Assembly (NCBI GenBank): GCA_051362555.1
Contig: CM120643.1
Coordinates: 16,620,848-16,684,847, forward strand
DNA from: Lingula anatina
Taxonomy: Eukaryota; Animalia; Brachiopoda
Direction of reading: 5' to 3'
Length of the DNA stretch: 64,000 nucleotides
A program made the position numbers and the translations under genes. Shown here piece after piece: positions 36,590 to 50,625 of this stretch. The notes under the pieces are model-generated. The model was not told the DNA's origin and made no database searches. It saw only the letters and a program-made list of their open reading frames with translations. Numbering within the stretch: the stretch's first letter is position 1; each line of letters opens with the position of its first letter.

Positions 36590-39500
36590 ATGGGAAAGTC
36601 TAAGAACAAGAAAGGGAAGGGGACTAGGAACAACCCCACAGGTCTTCCAAGCGTCAAAGATTTTAATTTAGAACAAGATGAGTTTGGAGATGGTGACACA
36701 TACAACAACTCCGTGGCCAATATTGTTGAAAAGGTACCCGTACAAGAATAAGAGTTCCGACTTAGATTAGTTAACTTGTTGCTAATGTTTTTCGCTAATC
36801 TTATGTTTTATGCTTGTCTGAATGTGCAAGTTGTTTCTACGTGTCTGTCTGACACTGACAGACAAATGCACGTGTTTGCATCTGGTAGAACTAGAAAATT
36901 GGGTAGAAATAGGGACTGCTTGGTTTCAGACTTACTCTACAATTAATGTAAGAAAGACGGAATCTGGGGACAGATTTTGTGACAGCTTACAGATATTTTA
37001 GGTCTCTGTTCCATTATTTAAAAAGGATTTTGATTTCAATGACCCCTTCCTACAACATCCACATCCAATCCACCTACAGTGTATTACTGGAGGACTTGCC
37101 CCTATAAATGAATGTGACTGTTTAATCATGAATACAACTATCTGGCATTCTAATTTTTTGTGCATTTATCATGGCATTTGCTTTTTATCAGTCTGCTTTT
37201 ATTCCTAAGTAGCAATCATCTTTTTCAGTATCAGTTCAGCCAATAAAAGGAAGTGCAAAATGTACACTACCAATGTACTGTAGAAATAACCATAAATGTC
37301 CACTCTGTTTTCTTTTCTTAACTTCATGTCACACACTGAAAAGTCAAGGATTTTTCTTCCATTCGAGACTCTGGTTTACAAAAGTTCTTTTTGCCTCAGC
37401 CAAATTATTTTATTTATTTATTTATTTTTTGTTGACTGTTTAGCATTGTTCATTGTTTCTCATACTTCTTTGGTTATTTAACATGAACTGCAATTTTTTA
37501 ATATTATGGAATAATTTTTTTTCAGCACCAAGGCACATATCAAGAAAAGATTATATGTGATTGCATCCCTATTTTTACAGTTCTTTAAAGGTGGTTTGTT
37601 GTCTCGTCATTTCTTAAATTTATACTAACATTGAATACTTTCTCTTAGCTCCAGAGCCTAAATGTAGAAGAGAAGATATGTGCTTGCAGCACTATTTCTA
37701 CCCTGGTCCGACAACCGAAGGCCATAAGGATGCTACTTCAGAATAATGTTGTTAAAGTGATGGGGCCACTCATAGTGGACAGTAGTCAACAAGTCAGGAA
37801 GACAGCACTAGGTGCACTCAGGTACAGTAACTGTAATCATTAGTGATGTCAAGGATCACTGTGACAGTGTCACTGGGTTATGTTTGCATTAATACTAGGT
37901 TTTGTATCAGCAGTAAGTTTATGTACAATATCTGATTACAATATCGCTCTGTGTACCACCATGGGGTTTCTATCAACAGATTTCTGTCAAAAAGTAAGTC
38001 TTGAGTTCTGTACGGATACATGTAGATCTTATAAAAGTTTGTGGGGAAAGTTGGGTAATTTTTTTTTTTTTTATGAACCACTTTTTGTTTGGTTTTGAAA
38101 ATCTGCAGTCACATTTCAATATTAGGTTTAAAGGGCCTAATTTGTAAAGGCAGAATTGAACATTTTGGAATGCAGTCTTTTATTTTGGTGAAGAAAATGA
38201 AAAATAGGTCTTGTGGATAGCAAATTTGTCATGATTAAATTTTGATTGGCTGAAGTATCTATTGATTTAAGGACATTTTTCTTAGAATAACTAACTACAC
38301 GAAGTACATTGCTGTGTATGTAATTTCTTTCTATGAGGGACTTAAATTTTTCCTTGTTTATTTTATGATTATCTATTTAAAAAATAAAATATTGTTTATT
38401 TGATGTTAAGAATTATTATATACCTATTGGGATAAATTTTCAAAAATTCACCTGCTTAATTTTCAGGAACATGACTGTAGATGGCAGCTTTGATGTTTGT
38501 GACAAAATGATAGAAGCAGATGTGTTGACTCCACTGTTTTCTCTCCTCGCCGAGGTAATTGCATGCCCATATGATACATATTTGTACCTTTGTTTGATTT
38601 CCATTTAACCTAAAGATTTGGAAAGTATCTATAGATTTCTACCCTCTACCAGGGCAGCAGATATTATAGCCACTTAGAAGATTGACCATATTAAGCCAGA
38701 GACATTATCTGTGAATATCTAGTGAAAAATCAATCAGCAGTCTAGGTAGAGGTGATAGATTTTCATGTCTGAAAAACTTGTAGATCCAGAATTTTACCTT
38801 GTGCTCAGAAGAAGTGGGGTGCAGTGAAGTTAACTTTTATGTTACAATGTAGTTTGTTCAATGACATTTGTTGGCACTTTACCACAATGTATCTGTTGCA
38901 GTATGGAGAGGAGTGGAGTCCCAGTGACAAGGACGAGAGACTAGATATTATTGTTCAAGCCACTCATTTACTGTGGAACTTATGGTAAGTCTTTTGTGGT
39001 AAAGAAAATAGCTTAAGTGTGATTATGGACATTTTCTTTCATTTTTTATTGGAGCTATCTTTTATATAAAAAGTAACTTTTTTACATATGGTATCATAGT
39101 AATTTATTTTAATGATTTCCTCTTTAGAAAAAAAATAGTAGTTACTGAATTTAGGATTTTTAAAGAATATATTTTATAAGTTTTGATCATTCACAATAAT
39201 CACAAGAAATTGGTATTTGTAATAATTTCAGTGAGAGCAATGAAATAACCGTGAAGAGATTTAACCAGGAAAATGTTTTGCCAATATTACTACAGTGTAT
39301 GCAGCCTCAGGTGCATGGCTATAATCTGGCACTGGTTGTAGGTAAGACAACAGATAGAAACAGACTGTTCATTGTTGAAAATATAGATCAGGGGCGGATT
39401 CAGAGTTTTTTCCTGACAGTCTTCCAAATTATCTTTGTTGATCCGTTCTTCATTTTTGACCGTCTTCCGACAGAAAAAATTAGATACCCACCAATGTAAA

Positions 39501-42500
39501 CTTGAAAATCTGACCGTCTTCCGGAAGACCCAGTAGACAGAAGCATGCCCAGGCATTTTCAGTGTTTTTTAATTTGGTTTATATCACCAAGAGCCCCTTT
39601 TATATATTTTGTTTTCCCAATTCAGCACAGTGTCTACAAACAGTCAGCGAGGACAATCCAGAGATCATGTCAGCACTCAGCAAGGAGGCCACCATGACCT
39701 TACTGATGGATCTTATACAGAGGAAGCATGCGGATATGCAACAGATGCTGCTCAGAGTGGTAGCGGCGGGTAGGTGGAGTTAGAGAGAGATGGGGGAACT
39801 GTAATGAGAGCTTGAGGGGGGGGGGGGGAGGGGATGGAATATGTTGTGAAAGTGAAAGTGGAATGGACGTCCGTTAGAAACCCTAGTCTGCTCCCAATTA
39901 CTTTGTACAGGTGACAGGAGTCCCATATACGTACTAACCCCAATACTCCCACTTACCTGTACGAGTCACATGGTACCCCCGACTTTCATTCCTAGGACTT
40001 CTATTCCTGTCACAAAATGAGAGAGAGCTGTGAAAGTGTATAAGTCTTAGACTAGCTAAATAGATATATGAGTAAGGTTATTATAAAAAAGTTTATTAGA
40101 TGCAGAGGTATGTTTTTTTATTAATTTGCCCATTCTCAGTCTATGGCTTATTTTCTTATAATGTGACAACTTTCAAGTTTCTGTGGAATTATTTAGGGTG
40201 TCTGGAAAAAAATAACAGACACGATGTCACTAAAGCGTGATTAATTTTTTCATCTAAGTGAGATAGCGAAAATTTTCAGAATTTTATTCATATGCAGATA
40301 TGTGTCTTTATATTTAATTTCAAAATTAATTAGAAAAAAATCATGTGCTCATTATTTCCAGGCATCCTGTATAATGCAAGTGGTGGTCAGTTAAACAGAG
40401 TGTCCGGCTCCTTGGTCACTGCAGTGGTTGGGACACTGGCGGAGGCTCTGGAAGTGGACGCATACAGACACATTGAGGAGATGGCATTTCGACTCAAACA
40501 GAATGATGCTGTAAGTACGGTAATGATTTTTTCAATGGGGAAAGGTTATCAGTTTTTTAGATACATAATTTTAGAATCAGTAATAATATATTTCTTCAGA
40601 GCATTTGTGGTGCTTTTTCTATACAGAATAGAACTATAAAGTATCCTGCTTTTCAATTAAGTTGCTACCATTCAAGAGGAATGTTCTTATTTTAAGAGTT
40701 AATGACTAAAAATAGAGTATCTGTGAAATGCACAATTTTCCCTATTGAAAAGATCGATTGAAATGATTACTGTAATGCCGGCAGTTTTCCAGAATTTGAA
40801 ATCACGGGTCTTGAAATTTCAGGTTTGCATCATCTAGACTAGATGTAGTCTGAGTGATAACGATTGGCAACAAATTTTAAGAAGCTGTCATTATTTATTG
40901 AGCAAAATCGGTAGATATCAAACAAATATTGGAAGAAAGCCTTGTAATGAGATGCTGGTAGCTGACAAAGGTTTTGTTAAGACAGGGACCTACATGTGTT
41001 CAGTATGATTAGGTTGTTATTCAACTCTATATTGCAGAGATGTATTGCAGAGATGTATTGGGTTTCTTTTTTATTTGAATAGGTAATCTTTACCACTAAC
41101 TGTTTGCATTTCTGCGAGGAGGATATGTTTTTTTCTGTTGAAATTATCTTTGCTTCCACTTCCATTGTATTTTGTATTGTATTGTATAATATCTTTGTAA
41201 AAGATGATACTTAAGGTTATATGTGTGCTATTTTTCAAGTCTATGAATGGCACAGCAGAAGGTGGGGCCATGGAAAATGGAGCAGGGGATGGAGGAAAAG
41301 ATGAAAAGAAGCACACAAAGGTATTCCTTAACTGATGATTTTATTGCAAACATTTTTACTGCACTGAAATGGGTATTTTATCACCCAACATGTGTTGAAG
41401 TATCTTTACCAGTTAGTATTAAACTTTTTCACTGAAAAGCAGTTTTTGAAGTCGTAATTATCTGTGCACTGGAGGGGGTGCATACGACAACATAACATGT
41501 ATTGAAATACCTTAAAATAATTAAAAGAAATCATTTTAAAGCATACAATGATGAATGTAAATTGTCTCCGTGTTAACATTTTTCAGAATGGATTGGAGAA
41601 AGAATTAAATGAATTAGAATGCCTTTTGACTGCCCAGAGGACAGCTTTGGAGATTATCACTAATCTCTGTTGTACAGATGGTGAGTAACTCTGTCTTCTG
41701 TGTAACCAGACTGTCTTGAGCTGTGTGGTTTTTTAATATTTTGGATTTTATGCATATCCTGGGCTTAATTTGGATTATCAAAAGTTATCTTCTTGTCCTA
41801 TAAATCATAAGCATTTCCATAAAGGTCAGATGAGATCACTGAGACTTCTGGGTTTTCAACTCCTGACCAGACATAGTCTTTTTGAGGAACTTTTAGATAT
41901 AAATATCTTTGCCTCTCAATGCTTTAAGATTGTGCAATTGTCGTTAATCCTGCCAATGCATTTATTTGGGATTGGTCTACCAAAACTTCTATGTAGTATT
42001 TTTTTTTCATGAATTTCTATGAAATTTCTGTATGTGCACACAGTTTGTCTTGTGATGTCACAAATTTTTCATTTTTTTCTTCTGAAACACATTAAAACTG
42101 GTTAAATTTTTTGATCTGACCACATTAAATTGTTGCTTCCTCACAATATCCTTGTACAGATAAGGTCCACAATAATGTTGTGATGATTTTAGCAATGATC
42201 GAGGCAGGAGGAGGCATGAGAGAGAACAACACAACTGTGTGTGCCTAGCTTCAACAGTCACAGTTGAACAAATCTTTATGTCACTCGACATACATTGTAT
42301 TTCTACGCATTTAGTTGTCCATTATAGCAATACTATAGTTCCTCTCATGGACCAGCAACTAAATGTATAGGAAGGCTATAAATTTTATGAATTCCTTATA
42401 GCTGAATCTTTCAATTTCGTTTTAGATTGGGTGTGGGAAGGTGAAGGTTGTTTTATGAGGGGTCTGGCATAAGTTTTCACTATTACCATTGTTTTCCACA

Positions 42501-45500
42501 TTTTTTCAGATGAGGAAGAAGTGTGGGAGGACCTGGACAGCAGTGATGCCAGCTCTGATGAAATGTTAACAGCAGATGTTGATATGGAGGGATCTGATGA
42601 AACAGTATTAGTAAGTGCACACTTTTCTAACAGTTTTAACAAGCAGTGATTTTTCATCAAGCTAATTGTACACATTTACCAGCACAAATTGTCTAGCTGG
42701 TCATCTAGCTAATGTTAGGTGAATAGCCTCTGTCTAGGGGGTGTGCTCACCTCCCCCCCCCCTCCACCACACACACACACGTGTGCACGCACCTAATGCC
42801 TTAGAAAAGTCAGGTACAAATCAGGGAGGGTTGTCCCATCTATTTAGGCTGCTTCATTCTTAGTACATAACACATCTGATAAAAATTGCTTGCTGACAGT
42901 TTTTTATTTTATGACATAAGCAGGTGATACTTTTCTAAACAAATTTTGAAGAGATTTAGATACCAATATATGAAACACAAAATATGCTAGTCTCAGATTA
43001 TTTTTATTTTTAATCAAATTTTTAAAAAATTGTATTGATGTTAACAACATTCCTGGTTGTTAAAATAACTTTTAATTGAAAACATCTGAAAAGTTTAAGT
43101 GTAGACAGTAGAGATGTTTATTTGGTAGTGATAAGTATAATGAAATTTGGCAAAATGTTTAGAACTAAAATTCAATTTGACATTGAAATAGCACTATTCA
43201 AATTTTGGATATTTATTTATATTTATCATGTTCCTTTTTAAAAGTGTATTTGTTACTTGACAACTTCTGTAAATTCCAGAGTCATCTCTGTGTCCAGTCT
43301 GAAGTTCACGGTGCTTTTGTTACTAATAATCTTGTTCCTAGAGTAAGTGTGAAAATCTTGATTATTTTATGTAATGTGGGATGCCTTTTTTGCTCCAAAA
43401 GGGGTCATACTACCATTTTATTTACTAATGATAGAGCATAGAAACGTTAATAATTTTAAATTTTAGAATATTGTTAAACTTAGTTCCTTGACAAGGAATA
43501 TAATTATAGTGTCTCTGGATTTGCTTCAATACATACATATTTCAGGATATCAAATTCATAGGAGGTAGAAGTTGTTGATTTTAAGTATGTTTTTTTAGGT
43601 GATGTGCAAAACTAATTTCCCCAGTGCTGAGGTTCACACAATATTAAGCGGATATGGGAGGGGAAAGAAATTGTTGAAAAGGTTAGAAGTTCTGTATATC
43701 AAGTTGTACAAATTCAAAGGATGGATTGGGCTTTATTCTTGAGGAATATTAGAAAACATACAAGTAAAAATTGGAAAAATAAAGATTTGAAGTACTGATT
43801 TACATGTATGTTGTACTTTTTTTTTTTTCTAACAAAATCACAGATTTGGCTCTATAGATGGGAAAGGAAAACAAAATACAAAAAAAATTGATTTTATACT
43901 TAAACCAAAAACAGTAATTTGAAATTCCTGGTTTTTACTTGAAAACTATGAATATAAATATATAAAAAGAATTGTTTTGATTCATTACAGAATTTTATGT
44001 AGTAACTGGAGTTATTAAATTGTGAAAAGTGAGTTATAAAAAAAGATATATTTGAGATTTTAAAAATAATAATCTGATTCATTGTTTCTTCCAGTATTGA
44101 AGTCCTGCAGTCCCGCTCCCTGTTGTGTGTCAGTAACATGGTCAGTGGTATGGACATTGAGGCACTTGGAGGGATGGACAAGCTGCACTTAATTTGGGAG
44201 AACCTTTCCCAACTTGCTCTTAATAAACAAGGTGATTGTGACAGTACATATCAACAGTGTTTGTGTCCTTTACGGATCAGATAGATGGACGTTATGAGAA
44301 TTAGATTTAGGTATTGGTCAGAATTTACTTTTTTACCGTATGAAGTCTTTCTATTATAAACATAATTGTTTAATTCTTAAATATACATAGTCTGCTTAAG
44401 GTTTGTATTTGTTAAGAAACATGGATGAAACAGATTTAGGTGTTATGAAGAGTTAACTACTTATTTGCAGTTTCATATATAAACATATTGCTTATTAATG
44501 ACATGAATATTGGACAGAGATGTTGTGAAGGTGACAACTTTTAATTAAAAAAAGAGAGAGACAAAAAGATTTAGGGGCATGAAATCTCAGTATGTTATAT
44601 CAGTGGCAATTTTAAAGACCAGCAACCAATTAGACAGTTTAGATCCATATAATATATTCAGTTATGTATTCCCAGCTGTAGAGAGTGCAGATCTGTTGGA
44701 AGCTGTCACCAGTGCCATGAGAGCAACTATACAGAAACTGGCTGAACACAAGTCTCCTAAGGTATAGCATAATTTATTGATGTTTAATGATCTTTCAAGG
44801 TCATGAAAGGTATTTTAGTTACATAGAATTCACCATTAAGCATGTTGTGCACCAGTTTGTGTCATGTAACCACTTCATTCTCTACTTTCCTCACAGTTTC
44901 TATTTCTTAAATGGTTTACGGTTCCTAAAATATCACCATTACCAACAGTTCTCCAGTCCTACCCCTTGTAATTCAGTTTGTATTTAAGATATCACAGAAC
45001 AAATTTGTCTTGACTACCTTACACATTTTCATTGTGTCACAATCCTGAAATATTCTTTCAGTTCTCCAGTGTTGTCCCCAGTGACCTCCAGTTTGTGTTT
45101 GAGCTGGGACAGCAGAGCAGTCATCCCCCAGTCAAAGCCAATGCTGTGAGGATATTGTCCACTATTGGTTGTCTGCTTGCCAAACAGATGGAGCCACATA
45201 GCCTGCTTAAGGTTTGTCCTTGTTTAAATTTTATTAGATGAAAGCTTTAGTGTCCTCTTATAGAATAGCTGCTTATAAACCAATGGAGATGTGTGAGATT
45301 TGTTTGAATGCTTTTCGTAAGATCTTATTATCAGAGTCACTGCACTGTGGTCAACCTGGTCTGACTTTAGACTTTTTTTAGTTGCCAATACCAATATAAT
45401 TTGGTCAAGCCAATAAGTATATTCATTTGATGTGGATGTGTCTTGGAATAGTTAGTCAAAAAAGATGACTTGTATGCTAACTTACGATACTCATTTAGAG

Positions 45501-46298
45501 ATGGCATTGTGTTGAAGTCTGTCAGGTTCAATCGATGTCTGTTGACAGTCATATTCAGTGTTTCACACCAAAACCTCAGTGAGCCATTCAAAACATTGTG
45601 GCATATGCCTAGTTACTTTAGTATAACTCTGTTTTGAGTCATTCTTTTATTCATTTGCTATTGCAAGAGGTTCCACCAAATCATTTAAATTAAGGCTAAA
45701 GTTTATTTTATTTCATATATACTAATTATTCATTAAAAGGCAGTTAGCATTTTTATTGATTTTCACTTCAGAATATTGGCACATTTCTCGTGGAAATAGT
45801 GAGCAAGGACCAGGAGTTGTGGGTGGTTGCCGAGGCGCTGGACGCCATCTTCGATGTGTTTGCGGAGGATCATCTGGACCCAGTTGTCAGGGAGATAGGG
45901 TTAACAGACAAACTCAAGGCTGTGGCACCACAGCTGAAGGCTAAGGTAAGACTGCTCCCTATGTTTTGGAAAATTTTACGTATTCATTTATTATAACACC
46001 TCCCCCCCCTACCCTACATATTCCGAAAAAAAAAAAGCCCCCTTTTTTTCTACAGCCCTGTGCATATTTTGCACAATAAAATTATTCTTCAGGTTTGTAT
46101 TTAATATCCTTGTAAGTTTCAATGGTTTGTTTCTTTTAACATGTATATAGATCAGTTAAAGAGGTGGATACCCTCTGGAGGTATATTTTGATATCTTTTC
46201 TCCAGATTCATCAACAGAAGAGAAGCCTAGGAGACCATCTTCCTATCATCATGACAGCAAGGACAAATCTGATGCGGTTCATCAAGTACAAATCTTGA
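36590..46298 (+). CDS. HEATR3: HEAT repeat-containing protein 3 (Syo1 homologue), ~650 aa, 17 exons: 36590-36733, 37649-37821, 38467-38554, 38902-38984, 39232-39341, 39626-39769, 40362-40510, 41240-41320, 41587-41680, 42510-42610, 43280-43342, 43599-43681, 44095-44231, 44676-44761, 45062-45211, 45772-45945, 46206-46298
   Basis: Exons are in phase. Motifs: MGKSKNK...NPTG N-terminus, LQSLNVEEKICAC, ALGALRN, LLWNLCES, AQCLQTVSEDN, AQRTALEIITNLCC followed by an acidic loop, VVAEALDAIFDVFAE, and C-terminal NLMRFIKYK. Confidence 0.93.
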
Positions 46299-47920
46299 CC
46301 AGGAGATTGACTTAAAGATGTTTTTTTTCCTTCTAATAGTGACTTAAAACTCAGCAGTCATTTGGATCAGAGAAATAATTGAAGTATTGTACTTCAAGTT
46401 CCATTATTTTCTGTAACATGCAATTTTTTCATTCTTTTTATATAGTCCCAGTGGATGATTTATGTGTTGTCAGAAAAGACTGGCGTTGAATGTGTGGGTA
46501 TTATTAGCATTTTGCAGAGATCTCAATGGATGATTACTGTATGCAAAATCAGTATTGATAAGAAGTGTTGCCTCAACTTTTGTCTTCATCTTTTCCTACG
46601 TTTCTCTTGATTTCAAGAGCAAGATATTATTTTCGTTATGAGATCTGAAAAGCTTATGGTTTCATTTCATCCAATATTTTACAAGCAATTCATGTATTTA
46701 TTGTCTTTTTTCTTTTGTTTTGGTGAAACATGAATTTGGCTCAAATTTGTGATAAATATAATCCTAGTTTTGTTGTTTAGGATCCATGTGGATATAACAC
46801 GTGCGAAATGTGTGAGGATCCATACTGATAATAACTGGATTTGCACACAATGATTATTTTACAGAATTGTTTTTAAATGATAAGCCATGCAACTTGATGT
46901 GTTAATGTTAAGGTCATTTTATTGTTAACTTATTGTTATTATATCCATCAAGCAATTGAACCTTTTGATTGGCTGTTACCCTTTCCAGTATATGTGAACA
47001 GGTAAATAATGAATAATGTAATAAAGTAATGGTAAATGCTTAAGAAGAAAAGGCATGGACTTTGTTACAGGTGAAAATCGCATACATTGAGAGAGTTTAA
47101 TAGTTGTCAGAAGTAAATGTTGGTGATTGTATGGACTGATGTTAATGTTGCGTTGGGATGGGGTAGGGTGTGTGTGGGGGGGGAGGGGATTCCTGCCTGT
47201 GCATTTTTTTCACAATTTTCTAGTACTAACTTACCATAACATTTTTGAGGTTCATTTCAGTGTAAAATGTTTTGTTGGGTAAACGCACGTAGACATCCAC
47301 ACAGCTGTTATCTTGTCATGTTTTATTCTGCTGGCTAGGCTGACCAGAGAGGGATGAGTCAACTCGTCATTTTTCAGCCACTTGTTACTGAGTTGTGATG
47401 TTAACTGTGGAACTTAATTCTTCCGAGTTCATTTTTGTCTACATCTCAACTGGTTATTACAGCTCTTAATTTTTTTTTTTTCGAAAACAAATCCAAAAGG
47501 ATTGCACAAGATTTGTTACGTATCCAATGATGATAACTATTCCCATGATTCAAGTAAACTGTATTGCTTGTTTAAAGATTGATCCGCTCACTGAGTCAAC
47601 CACTTAATAAGAATAATGGTACAATGTGCTCACGAGCAAGATTGAGTTTTTATTAGTGAGAACAACGAAATTGAGTCATTGCTATTTTATTGGTTGGAAT
47701 TTACTAATGAACGAAACAAGTTTGTTCCAAAATTCCGTAGTGCCCATTGAAATAAAACATTTGCCATTCTAAATCAACTTTTTCACATCAGCATTGCATA
47801 CAAATACCCATCATAGTTTTCTCATGTTTCATATAATGTGTATACAAATAGGTGTGGCGCAATCACCACATCTGGATGCTCTGCACAATCGCACCTAACA
47901 CATTTGATTCGTTGTCTGGA

Positions 47921-50625
47921 TTAATTACAGCGCACTTTATCACAACACTGGCCTGGGATCTTCTCCACGTGACAGTCCGGGGGCACGGGCCACGGTGGAC
48001 ATCTGGTGAAAAGAAAAGCATAGTGATTAGAGTAAAAAATAGTGTCATGTTTTTATATATGGTACACGGTCACACTGGACTTGCTACGACTTGCTGCACA
48101 CCATTCTGACCATTGTCCACTTTCTGGGCATTTGGGGTTTTGTAGACATTATAGGCCTAGTTCCTAATATACAAAGACTCTTCATGCACCAAAACAGAAC
48201 GGTTGATAACGTTAATTTTAGTTTATTTTCATATTCTGTTTTATAAGGAAGTTGACCCGCCTCAAGGGTAAACGAAATAATGAATATAAAGTAACTGATT
48301 GAAAACAGACGAAACAAATTAACGTGAACAGAGTTCAATGGACCAATCCTTGCAAGATAACTACTATGAATACATGCAGAGAAACTTGATACTGGTAAAT
48401 ACACGAAAGCCTCTTTTAAACCGCTTGTTTTCTGTTGTGGTTGCATAACTAACTTGTCAAGAAATCTTAATCTATGTGCAGACCACGTAATACGGCAAAA
48501 GATCAATATCTTATCTTAACTCATCTACCCTTTTGCGAAAAAGGGTATTCGTTATAGATTTACTGTCATATGGGGCAACAGAGGCATTTTAAAACGTTTA
48601 ATATATGAACCCACCCAAGTTATGTATCTGGACGAAATCGAACTGTGCCGTAAAACATTTTCAACACTACAACATTTGAAGAATCTAAGCATGTTACGTA
48701 GACGTGATGTTTTTGCACTTTTGTTTTAAGCGTTTTATTTTCGATCTATCTAGATGAGGGTTGTTGAAAGATGAAAATAAAAAAAAATGTTTAATTAGTA
48801 AATTTTAAATGATAAAAAACATAGTTAATGTTAAGGGTCGGTGTGGGATATATTGCAAATATTCATTTTACGTTTGTTTGAGATAGATTTTGTAAAAATA
48901 TAAGTACGTTATAAACCTACGAATCAGCTGTACACAATTTTACATGTAGTCCTGAAGGTAAGGGCTTCCATTAAGGAAAGATAATATCGTTAATAAATAA
49001 ACAATTTTTCACACAAAAAATGTGTTGGATAAAAAGCGCCAGTCTTTCTGTCCAATTCTTTACAATGGTTGTACAAGATATGATGAACGAACAGTCTACG
49101 TACCCTTCTCGGCACACGAAGATGTCATCCTCGAGGCATTTGCAGTTCAGTTCGCATTCTACGTCCCAAGTCTCCCCAACCCTGTACTCCGTGCCCTTGT
49201 ACGTACAAACGCCTGGAGAGAAAATACACTTTGTATTAGAGCGCATTCAAGTATGCACATTGTTACTTCCTACACCATCATAGTTAGGAAATTGATAGTA
49301 CTACTAGTCTACTACTTCTAGTTCCACAAGCAAATTTTTTCCCATGTTGTTGCTCAGCCAAATCTAAATTTATATCTCCTTTAATCAGCGACAAATGGAA
49401 AGACATTCATCCGAATTCCCTTCTATACACCCTGCGTTTCGATGGATAATTGTCCACCCCATTTTCGCGTACCTAGTCGAGGCAACCCCGTCCCCATTTC
49501 AATTCTACCTCTATGGTGCACCACACCATTTCAGTGACATAGAAAAAATCCTGGTTGCAAATTTTCATGATTTTCTTTATTTGCCAAATGGATTGCAGTT
49601 GCAAAATGTGTTCGGTTTCAAAATGCAGCTCTACTAGTCTATTCATTTACTCGGCTTTGAGTAGCGGGGAAAAAGTACTAACCTTCGCCAAGGAGATATG
49701 TTTTTGGATCCGTAAATCTGTTTGCAACATTATGGAAAAAGTCTTTTTTTTTATGAAATGAAATCAGAAACTGTAAGGAGTGGACCAAGAAATAATATAA
49801 ACGATTAGAATACTGTGGTGATTCATCAATTCATTAATATTTGAATATTAGTTAATTATTTCTGTCTGTTCGTTAGCAACATTATGCAAATATTTGCAGA
49901 CAAACTTTGATGAATTTCTTTGGAAACTGACCGTAAGGGATGAAGTAACAAACAATTAGATTTGGGAAATGATCCGTTAATTGATAATTACCTTAATTAA
50001 TAAAGTCTGTTTTTCTGTTATGGAGGGATTTGGATGAAATTTAAAGGATAGGTCAAAAATGGTATAGATTTGGGTGATGATCAATTAATTAATTATCATT
50101 GGTAATGGGAAGCTTATTAACTTACTGGTCAGCTAATAAATGATAAATAATAATTATAATTGAGTTAATAAGAGATCGATTTATAAACTAACTAATAAAA
50201 AAATGATAATTATGATAATTGAGCGGCGGAGGTCTGCTGTATTTGGCCTTTTTTTTCTCATTTCACTAAATATATACATACTTATTAAGAAATATATAGA
50301 GACTGCAACCCTGAAGATCAACAAAGTTTTAATTTCTTTGCGTTTAGGGCGAATCAGGTCTTCTGAACATTTCTTTTTATTCAATTTAACAAGCAAATTT
50401 AACATCTTTCGTTTACTATAGCTATACAAACAGTCAAATATTCATGCACGTGTAAATAATAAATATCGTATGAGTATATGAATATATAGATAGAATTATA
50501 CTGAAAATTATGATGGAAAATGTATCACCTGAAACCTTGTTTTTCTTGATACTTGCGCCTGCAATGAGAACGCTCAGTCCAGCTAAAGTCACAAGTAACA
50601 ACCGCATCATCGTCGCGTGAGACAT
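47921..50625 (-). CDS. Small secreted single-VWC-domain protein, 95 aa; coding exons 50625-50529, 49212-49104, 48002-47921; probable non-coding first exon with donor at ~51184
   Basis: Signal peptide MMRLLLVTLAGLSVLIAGA, then a 10-Cys VWC pattern: CTYKGTEYRVGETWDVECELNCKC...VCREGCPPWPVPPDCHVEKIPGQCCDKVRCN. Introns are GT-AG and in phase. Confidence 0.88.
49678..50250 (+). mobile_element. Helentron/HINE-like element in a VWC-gene intron
   Basis: AACCTTCGCCAAGGAGATATGTTTTT head, degenerate internal repeats, and a GGCGGAGGTCTGC tail. Confidence 0.6.

Noticed and set aside
41321-41586. Possible U12 intron in HEATR3 (donor GTATTCCTT)
   Set aside because: It does not match the GTATCCTT consensus, and there is no convincing TCCTTAAC branch site near the acceptor.
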